32,000 bases of DNA from Geobacter sulfurreducens PCA (GTDB taxonomy: Bacteria > Desulfobacterota > Desulfuromonadia > Geobacterales > Geobacteraceae). Location of the stretch: positions 1,920,001 through 1,952,000 of the forward strand of contig NC_002939.5 of the NCBI RefSeq assembly GCF_000007985.2. Reading direction: 5' to 3'. The translations under genes were made by a program, and so were the position numbers. Positions 19,137 through 25,912 of the stretch are shown in pieces (within the stretch, counting starts at the first letter, position 1; every line of letters begins with the position of its first letter). Below the pieces are notes generated by a model, which saw nothing but the letters and a program-made list of their open reading frames with translations, made no database searches and was not told the DNA's origin.

Positions 19137-19794
19137 CGTTATCCTCCACCAGGCGCCCCTTATCCAGGATGATCACCCGCTTGTGGCTGTTTTCGATCAC
19201 TCGCCGGTCGTGAGTCGCAACCATGACGGTCGTACCGCGGATGTTGGCTTCCCGGAAAATGGCCAAGATCTGCTCCTTGTTCTCATCATCGAGGTTTCCC
19301 GTCGGCTCGTCGGCCAGCAGAATTTTCGGATCGTTCACCAAAGCCCGGGCAAGGGCAACCCGTTGCTGTTCGCCGCCCGACAGCCTGAGGGGGGTAGCGT
19401 TAATCTTGTGCTCCATCCCCATGAGCCTGAGAATATGGTGAACTTTCTTGCCGATATCCCGTTTCCCCCAACCGAGAACCTCAAGGGTAATTGCCACGTT
19501 TTCGAGCACCGTTCGGTTCGGAAGCAGCTTGAAATCCTGGAAAACCACCCCGACGGAGCGCCTCAGTAAGGGGATCTGCGAACGAGTCATTCGCGTGACG
19601 TTCTGGCCGTCGACGATCACCTGGCCCTTGCTCGGGCTGAGGGCTGCGTAGACAAGTTTCAGGAGGGTCGACTTCCCCGCCCCTGACGGGCCGGTAACAA
19701 AAACAAAGTCCCCTTTGGGGACCTTGAGAGTTACGTCGTTAAGGGCAGCCATGTCGCGCTGGTATGACATGGATACATTGTGGAACTGGATCAT
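19114..19794 (-). CDS. ftsE: Cell division ABC transporter ATP-binding protein FtsE
   Basis: Walker [10 protein letters not shown], signature [15 protein letters not shown], Walker [13 protein letters not shown]. 226 aa. Confidence 0.92.
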   Translation of the reverse strand: MIQFHNVSMSYQRDMAALNDVTLKVPKGDFVFVTGPSGAGKSTLLKLVYAALSPSKGQVIVDGQNVTRMTRSQIPLLRRSVGVVFQDFKLLPNRTVLENVAITLEVLGWGKRDIGKKVHHILRLMGMEHKINATPLRLSGGEQQRVALARALVNDPKILLADEPTGNLDDENKEQILAIFREANIRGTTVMVATHDRRVIENSHKRVIILDKGRLVEDNDVPKQEL

Positions 19795-19848
19795 TGTGTC
19801 CCTTCTTCCTACCGGCTGATACCCGCTTGATATTGTCCCTATCCCCTG

Positions 19849-20262
19849 TCACCAGTCCTTGTACGGAGTACCTTTTGAACTGACAAGGTCTGAGCCGCTG
19901 TGCACATCCGCCACATTACCCTTGATCTCCTCGGTAGTATGAATTTCGCCGGTGGGCTCAATAGGCTTTACGGTAACCCATGTGTCATTCTTACCGGTAA
20001 ACGGGTCATTGGGGATTGATTTGACATACCGTTTTTCCGCCAACTCGTCAAGGGTGTCGGGATATTTCCCCTGATCCGCATAGTACTGATCTATGGCACT
20101 GCGCATGGTGTAGAGGTTTTCCTGCAGGACAGCCTCACGAGCCCTGATGAGCCCCCACCTGTAGTTGGGGACGGCAATTGCCGCGAGAATGCCGATGATG
20201 GTCACGACGATCATCAGCTCAATGAGGGTAAACCCCTTGCGGTTACGAAAACGTTTCAGCAT
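19849..20262 (-). CDS. oxpG: GspG-type major pseudopilin (type II secretion / type IV pilin-like); recalled as OxpG of G. sulfurreducens
   Basis: Prepilin leader MLKRFRNRKG followed by FTLIELMIVVTIIGILAAIAVPNY (G-1, F+1, E+5). GspG-like LYTMRSAIDQYYADQGKYPDTLDEL...IPNDPF. Ends in YKDW. Confidence 0.8.
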   Translation of the reverse strand: MLKRFRNRKGFTLIELMIVVTIIGILAAIAVPNYRWGLIRAREAVLQENLYTMRSAIDQYYADQGKYPDTLDELAEKRYVKSIPNDPFTGKNDTWVTVKPIEPTGEIHTTEEIKGNVADVHSGSDLVSSKGTPYKDW

Positions 20263-20268
20263 CCGCTT

Positions 20269-20802
20269 CTACCAGTCCTTGTATTTGCTTCCGTCAATGG
20301 CAATCCCGTCACTCAAGGAATACACGTCGTAGAGGTCTTCACCACCCCAGAGATCGCTCTCGGGATCGTCCACAGAAGAACGCATTCCCCACTTGGGCGG
20401 CTCACCCACTTCGGGAGGATGAAACGGGTCAACGGGAATCCGACGAAGGTACTTTTTCTTGTAGGCATAGAGGCCGCCGAAATCCTCTCCCTCGATCAGT
20501 TTTTCGAATGATTCGGGATAACCGGACCTGTTGGCAACATCCATGATTTTCTTGTCTTTGATCGCCTTGTCGTAATCCTTCTTGTAGTCGTCGATGGCAG
20601 TGCGTATTACCCTCAAATTACGTCTCAGTTCAATCTCTTTGCTCCGTTTGGCCGCCATTTGGGTAAACGGGACAACGGCCATGGCCAGAATCCCGAGGAT
20701 TGCCACGGTAAAAACGAGTTCAATGAGACTCAGCCCCCGGCTGTCACCCCGGAACCGTCTGTCGATGCGCAAGATCAGAGCCGTCACACTACTTGACTTC
20801 AA
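20269..20802 (-). CDS. Second GspG-like pseudopilin (paralog with a longer leader and insertions)
   Basis: ...RGDSRG then LSLIELVFTVAILGILAMAVVPF (G-1, L+1, E+5). LRVIRTAIDDYKKDY...IPVDPF. Ends in YKDW. The start is TTG 20802 (overlapping the secretin stop) or GTG 20787. Confidence 0.75.
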   Translation of the reverse strand: MKSSSVTALILRIDRRFRGDSRGLSLIELVFTVAILGILAMAVVPFTQMAAKRSKEIELRRNLRVIRTAIDDYKKDYDKAIKDKKIMDVANRSGYPESFEKLIEGEDFGGLYAYKKKYLRRIPVDPFHPPEVGEPPKWGMRSSVDDPESDLWGGEDLYDVYSLSDGIAIDGSKYKDW

Positions 20803-23257
20803 CCACCGTGTTGTAAGGAATTATATCCAGAGGCCTGTTCGCTTGGTCAACGAACTTTACATTCTGGAGGCCGAGGCTGGCCGGTCCCTTGTTTTTTGCC
20901 TTGAAGGTGGCACTTAGGAGCGTTCCCGAGCCGTCGACCCCCTCACCGGCAGCACTGCGATCCATCGTGATGACTACTCGCCCAGCCGCTTTGTCCGCCA
21001 GTGCGTTGAAGATCGTCGGCTTGCCATCCCGATTTAGAAAGTTCCCTTCCGCCGCCCCGACATACTCGATGAAAATGGGGTCATAGAGCAGAGTGAACGG
21101 TGCCTTGGCAAGCCCTTTGACGTCAGTCACCTTGACTTCAACCTTGAACTGACCGCCAAGATCAACGCCGGCCGGTGCGGCGATATTGAGGCTTCCGCGC
21201 ATGGCGGGCTGAACAGGTGCCACGCTAGCTTGAACTCCTGCTGCTGATGCGGCAGCCGGTGTCGCAGCCGGTTGCACCACAGCGGCCGGTGCGTCGGCCG
21301 CTGTCGCCGGCTGCCCGGCAGGAGCCGCGCTGCCGGGCTTGGCCGAAGGCACTGCGGGCGCGCCTTTGGCCGGCGCGCCGGCCGGTTGGGCTGCGAAGTC
21401 GGGTTCCAGTTCAAAGGAAGAAAACGGCTTAACGGCTGTCGGGTCATCTTCCTTGCCCGACCAGAAGGCCGCTACATCAGCCTCGGGGACGGATACTGCC
21501 CGGACAATGCGCGGCGTAATGGCAAGCACCAGCTCACTCTTATCATACCTGTCATTGTGGCTGGACAGCAGGCTGCCAATGAGGGGAATATCGCCCAGGA
21601 GCCAGATCTTCTGCTTGCTCTTGCTTTTTGTGTCCTCGATGAGACCGCCGATGATGCTGGTTTCCCCGTCTTTCAAGTTGAGAACCGTATCCACGTTGCG
21701 GGTGCCGATGGTCACGACCGAACTAATGGCATCGCCGCTGCCGACTGTCTTCTCGCCGATAATGGAACTGACCTCGACCCCAAGCTTTATGGTGACCTCG
21801 TTGTTCAACTGAATCACCGGCTCCGCATTGAGTTTGACCCCGACGTCCACGTACTGGACGTTCACGGTAACCCCGCCGACGGAACCGGTACTGGACGTAG
21901 TGGTGATAGGCACCCTCGTGCCCACGGTAAACTTGGACTTTTCCCGGTTTTTGACGCGAATCTTCGGATTCGACAGGACCTCAGCGTTGGACAACTGTTT
22001 GCTGAAATTGTACGTGGCGCTGGGAACGGTCAGGAACCCCTGGTAACCATTCCAGTTGAAGAGATTGAGGAGGTTCTTCACCTGGGTAGTGGTCACCGTG
22101 GTCGTATCGTTCGACGTTGTGGTTACCTTCGGATCAAAGGTATCAGAAAAGAAATCGCCACCCGACCCGGGAGTGCGGGCGTTGAGGGATACGGCATACC
22201 GGCTCAGTCCCAGGCCGAACAACTCTGAATTGTTTTTCGAAACCTGAATAACCTCAACTTCCAGCAACACTTCGGCATCGGGCACATCGTTGGCTTCGAG
22301 AATCTTCCCCGCCACATCGATCAGTTCCGGGTTATCCCTGATGACGAGGGCATTCAGTTCCTCGTTCACGTAGATCTTCTTGACCTGAAGCATCGTCCGC
22401 AAAAGGTTGACGGCCTTCTTGGCATCAAGGCTGTTCAGATAGAACGTCTTCACCATCAGATCTTCATACTGTTTGGCCTTTTCCGGTGTCTTGGGGAAAA
22501 TGAGAATAGTGCTCTCATTGAGGACTTTGCGTCCCAGCTTGTTCATGCTCGTAAGTAGATCGAGAGCTTGATTGAAAGTTGCATTTTCAAGGAAAACGGT
22601 GACGTTTTGTTCCTTAACGCCCTCGTCAAAGATGAAATTAATCCCTGAAAGTTGGGACAGAATATAGAAAACGTCCTTGAGCTTAGCTTCCTTGAACTTA
22701 AGGGTTATCGGCTTGGTCGATTTGAGATTGAGTTCAAAGCCTTCCAGCTTGGTGCGTCTGGTCTGGAGCAGCTTTTCAAGGGCTTCTTTTATTTCCTTGT
22801 TCCCGGGATTGAGATCCAGAGCCTTGCGATAGGCCTGAAGGGCTTCGCGAGGCTTGTTCGATTTTTCAAACTCGAGTCCTTCGCGATAGTAGGTCAGTGA
22901 ATTACGCACCCGGATCAACTCGTCGCTGCGCTGCTTTGCCCGCGCCAGAGCAGGGTTGAGCGAAACTGCCGACTGATATTCCCGCAGAGCTTCGTCTAGC
23001 AGCTGCTGCTCATAGGCCGTATCCCCATTTTTGAGGTGCTCGAACGCGGCTTTTTCGCTCGCCTTGAGGAGTCTCATGCGGTACTCGGTCTGTTGAGGAT
23101 TGGTTGAAGCAGCCTCGGCAAACTTCATGACCGCCTCGTCAAGCTTACCTTCCTCTTCAAGCTTTTCAGCCTTGTTGAACGCGGTCAGGCCGGCAGTGCA
23201 CCCGGCGAGAAAAGTCAGTACTACCGCGGCAATGGCCATGTTCGCTATGGTTCTCAT
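20789..23257 (-). CDS. gspD: Secretin (GspD/PilQ family) fused to an N-terminal lipobox plus TPR module and a C-terminal cohesin-like module
   Basis: 822 aa. GAGGAG RBS. Lipobox LTFLAGC. TPR region about 22733-23200. Secretin core with LLGDIPLIGSLL and ELVLAITPRIV. Ala/Pro-rich linker about 21194-21410. Cohesin-like C-terminus FKVEVKV...FTLLYDPIFIEYV...GSGTLLSATFKAKNKG (20792-21193). Confidence 0.85.
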   Translation of the reverse strand: MRTIANMAIAAVVLTFLAGCTAGLTAFNKAEKLEEEGKLDEAVMKFAEAASTNPQQTEYRMRLLKASEKAAFEHLKNGDTAYEQQLLDEALREYQSAVSLNPALARAKQRSDELIRVRNSLTYYREGLEFEKSNKPREALQAYRKALDLNPGNKEIKEALEKLLQTRRTKLEGFELNLKSTKPITLKFKEAKLKDVFYILSQLSGINFIFDEGVKEQNVTVFLENATFNQALDLLTSMNKLGRKVLNESTILIFPKTPEKAKQYEDLMVKTFYLNSLDAKKAVNLLRTMLQVKKIYVNEELNALVIRDNPELIDVAGKILEANDVPDAEVLLEVEVIQVSKNNSELFGLGLSRYAVSLNARTPGSGGDFFSDTFDPKVTTTSNDTTTVTTTQVKNLLNLFNWNGYQGFLTVPSATYNFSKQLSNAEVLSNPKIRVKNREKSKFTVGTRVPITTTSSTGSVGGVTVNVQYVDVGVKLNAEPVIQLNNEVTIKLGVEVSSIIGEKTVGSGDAISSVVTIGTRNVDTVLNLKDGETSIIGGLIEDTKSKSKQKIWLLGDIPLIGSLLSSHNDRYDKSELVLAITPRIVRAVSVPEADVAAFWSGKEDDPTAVKPFSSFELEPDFAAQPAGAPAKGAPAVPSAKPGSAAPAGQPATAADAPAAVVQPAATPAAASAAGVQASVAPVQPAMRGSLNIAAPAGVDLGGQFKVEVKVTDVKGLAKAPFTLLYDPIFIEYVGAAEGNFLNRDGKPTIFNALADKAAGRVVITMDRSAAGEGVDGSGTLLSATFKAKNKGPASLGLQNVKFVDQANRPLDIIPYNTVVEVK

Positions 23258-23285
23258 GGAACTGCTCCTCGAGTTATCGTTGCGT

Positions 23286-23906
23286 TCAGCGGATCTGCCC
23301 GCTCAGCGGGCGATTTTCAACAAGCGGGATGACGATCTCACTGCCGTCGGTGGTCGAACGAATCGACAAGGCTTCATCCGTTATGTTGACAGCCTCGTAA
23401 ATCCCGGCGATCTTGTCGCCCTGGCGTACGAGAATAATCTCTTTGTCCTTGGCCAGAAAAATAGTTTTCCGGTTCTCCTTTTTGAGAAAACCCAGGAAGG
23501 TAAAACGGGCCATGTCACGAACTACCGGTGGCGGCTGGGGAGGCACCACGGACGGAGGCGGTGACGGCAGAACCGGCCGGGGCGGCAATGGCGGCGGTAT
23601 GGGCCTCGGCAGAACTGGCGGTGCGGGAGGCACTTTAGTTTCGTCGTGGAAAATGGGTCGGAAGATATTTCTTCGGAAACCGGCAAAACGCCCCTTGCTA
23701 CACTCTAGGAGATCAAGCCTCACGCGCGTCTCATCGGTCACAGGCTTGGCGGGAGCCGCTTTCCTGTCGCGGGATGGAGCCTTGGTACTGGTCGTCGAAG
23801 GCAATGAGGTAACGGTTTGCTGGCGGGGCGACCTGACGTAGCTGTAAATCAGGGACAGACCCAGTACGACCAGGAGAATTGCCAGTATGAGCCGTTGACG
23901 GTTCAT
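23286..23906 (-). CDS. Bitopic inner-membrane protein with poly-proline spacer and PilP/GspC-HR-like C-terminal domain
   Basis: N-terminal TM helix (LILAILLVVLGLSLIY). PPAPPVLPRPIPPPLPPRPVLPSPPPSVVPPQPPP spacer. C-terminal FTFLGFLKKENRKTIFLAKDKEIILVRQGDKI resembles the PilP/GspC secretin-contacting beta domain. ATG 23906 has GGAGGAG upstream and overlaps the preceding stop by 1 nt. Confidence 0.6.
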   Translation of the reverse strand: MNRQRLILAILLVVLGLSLIYSYVRSPRQQTVTSLPSTTSTKAPSRDRKAAPAKPVTDETRVRLDLLECSKGRFAGFRRNIFRPIFHDETKVPPAPPVLPRPIPPPLPPRPVLPSPPPSVVPPQPPPVVRDMARFTFLGFLKKENRKTIFLAKDKEIILVRQGDKIAGIYEAVNITDEALSIRSTTDGSEIVIPLVENRPLSGQIR

Positions 23907-24451
23907 CACTCCTCCGTCCGGAGGTAGGCAGTAAGCTGAACTTTCAGTGCAACCGCCTCCTCCACGGCACTGCCGCTGTTGAGGGAAAGAGATTCAACCA
24001 CAAGCATTGACCTGTGACACTGGAGATCAGAGAGGAAGCTCTTGATACCGGCGTAGGTACCTCCAAGAGAGAGGACCACATCATATACCACGAGTTTTTG
24101 ATCCGGCACCTGCTTCGGCTTGTATGTGACGCCCTTGACCGTGAGCCCGTTGTCAGCAGCGGTTTCAAAAACTTCCATCATGAGGGCGGTGAACCCCCGT
24201 TTGGGGGTAAGGCGCTCGCGGTACACCTTCAGATCTTCTGTCCCTTGCCGGTAGATGGAGGATACATCACGCCTGGCACCCGTATTGAGCGACCTCTTGG
24301 ATGTCCACTCATCCCTCAGCTCGGCAATGCGCGGCTCTTGATACACGCCTTTGAACACCGCCAGGATGATATTCACCGTTGCCAAGGCAAGAAGGACGAC
24401 CACAGTCCGCTTCCTGGACGTAATAAGTTGTATGAGTTGCTGCTTCGTCAT
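23906..24451 (-). CDS. PilO/GspM-like bitopic assembly protein
   Basis: 181 aa. Short cytoplasmic N-terminus, one TM helix (VVVLLALATVNIILAVF), then a coiled segment and ferredoxin-like C-terminal domain. Position between the PilN-like and PilP-like genes. ATGA overlap with the upstream gene. Confidence 0.55.
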   Translation of the reverse strand: MTKQQLIQLITSRKRTVVVLLALATVNIILAVFKGVYQEPRIAELRDEWTSKRSLNTGARRDVSSIYRQGTEDLKVYRERLTPKRGFTALMMEVFETAADNGLTVKGVTYKPKQVPDQKLVVYDVVLSLGGTYAGIKSFLSDLQCHRSMLVVESLSLNSGSAVEEAVALKVQLTAYLRTEE

Positions 24452-24987
24452 GTAAAGTCGACCTTGCAGGTGACGGTAAAGGAAATACCCTTCTGCTTTT
24501 CTCCGACACTGAGCTGTCCCTGATTCAACAGGAGAACATCGGTAAAGTGGGTTGATGACTCCAGGTTCTCCATCAGCGACCTGAGTGCGCCGAACGAGCG
24601 GGCAGCACCGGAAAGTTTAAGGGTTCCGTCCTTCAGGCTGGGATCTATGGCCCCGAGTGCAACCCCCTCGGGCACTACTTCTTCAAGGCGGTTCAGAAGA
24701 AGCAACCAGTCAAAGGCCTTTTTGCCGATTACGGCGTTGACTTCGGCAATCTTCTTGAGCAGATCCCGATACTGCTTTTCGGTAATTCCTTTGGCAGACT
24801 CATCAAAACGGGCCTGCAAAATCCCCATGTCCTTCTTGAGCGCCCGCTCCGTGGAAACATTCGCCACAAGCGATGCGATGTTGTACGCCAGTAGAAGAAG
24901 AAGCCCCAGGATCACTGCGGCAATCGCCGTGTTCACCTTCCTTGTGTTATAGAAATAGCGGGTGGCAAGGTTTATCCGGATATCCAT
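24448..24987 (-). CDS. PilN-like bitopic assembly protein
   Basis: N-terminus MDIRINLATRYFY (compare the PilN INLLP motif), followed by a TM helix (AIAAVILGLLLLLAYNI). About 180 aa. Immediately downstream of the PilM-like gene. Confidence 0.6.
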   Translation of the reverse strand: MDIRINLATRYFYNTRKVNTAIAAVILGLLLLLAYNIASLVANVSTERALKKDMGILQARFDESAKGITEKQYRDLLKKIAEVNAVIGKKAFDWLLLLNRLEEVVPEGVALGAIDPSLKDGTLKLSGAARSFGALRSLMENLESSTHFTDVLLLNQGQLSVGEKQKGISFTVTCKVDFT

Positions 24988-25910
24988 CAAAGATTCCTCG
25001 TGGCCGCGCCAATGGCTGCCGCCAAGTCATGGAGTAACGCTGGGTCGGTCGCTGTCCCGTTATTGCCCATGACCGCCTGCGGATTGAACATGACCGGGTC
25101 AATGCCGCTCGCCTCCGCAACGATGCCGGCGAAGGACTCCCCCCCATCCGGAGGCGCCAGACAGAACACGCTCTTGACCTCGCGGCCGGGGTTTTTGTCA
25201 CGGTAGACAAGGAGTGAACTATTGATCTCCATGAAAATCCGGTTCGGATCAACGACTTCTCTGCCCATCTCTTTGACGCGATAGAAATCGATGAGTCCGT
25301 CGGTTAGAGCGAGCATACTCAGCACGCCCCCGTGGAAGGCCACAAAGAGCGAGGTATCCTCAGACGGAATACGTTTGGCCGCCACGCGATAGAGGTTAAA
25401 TGTGTTGAAATCGATCCGGTTCGGCTGAATTCCCGCCTCTAGGAGCAAGTCCTCGTACTGGGTCACGACCTGTCGCGCCACAACGGCAATCAGCACCGAA
25501 AGGCTCCCATTATCACGCTCACGCAGAGTCTGGTAGTCCAGATGCATGTCCCCTGCATCAAATGGCAAGCTCTTCTTGAGCTTCCAGCGGATCATGTCGC
25601 GCCCCTCTTCCCTGTTTTTGAAGCGCGTATCAAAATCCATGATCATTACACGGCCAACTGCGTCGGGTAGCGTAACCGATACGAGGTCCGTCCGAACGAG
25701 CAGCTTGCAATACTCCTCGCGCACCGTGCCGACAAAGGCCTTGGGATCTACGACATTGGGCTCGCGGTGGAGAATCCGCACTATCCCCGGTGCAAAGGAG
25801 GCACCACCGTGCGTCACGAGACGCGGCGCACCCTTGCCGCCACCCAGCACGACAAAGCGGACCCCGTGCTGCGACACTTCCATACCTATGGCGTTCTGGG
25901 CGAAAAGCAT
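24987..25910 (-). CDS. PilM-like actin-fold cytoplasmic assembly protein (GspL cytoplasmic-domain equivalent)
   Basis: About 307 aa with no TM helix. N-terminus AIGMEVSQHGVRFVVL resembles the PilM iGlDiG..s.k.v.l pattern. Gene order is M-N-O-P-secretin. ATG 25910 has GGAG 5 nt upstream. GTG 25916 is the alternative. Confidence 0.6.
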   Translation of the reverse strand: MLFAQNAIGMEVSQHGVRFVVLGGGKGAPRLVTHGGASFAPGIVRILHREPNVVDPKAFVGTVREEYCKLLVRTDLVSVTLPDAVGRVMIMDFDTRFKNREEGRDMIRWKLKKSLPFDAGDMHLDYQTLRERDNGSLSVLIAVVARQVVTQYEDLLLEAGIQPNRIDFNTFNLYRVAAKRIPSEDTSLFVAFHGGVLSMLALTDGLIDFYRVKEMGREVVDPNRIFMEINSSLLVYRDKNPGREVKSVFCLAPPDGGESFAGIVAEASGIDPVMFNPQAVMGNNGTATDPALLHDLAAAIGAATRNL

Positions 25911-25912
25911 GC

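Noticed and set aside
21272-22228. 318-aa + strand ORF over the secretin gene (plus 21339..21812)
   Set aside because: Antisense to the secretin core and the Ala/Pro linker. The GC-rich linker region generates open frames on both strands.
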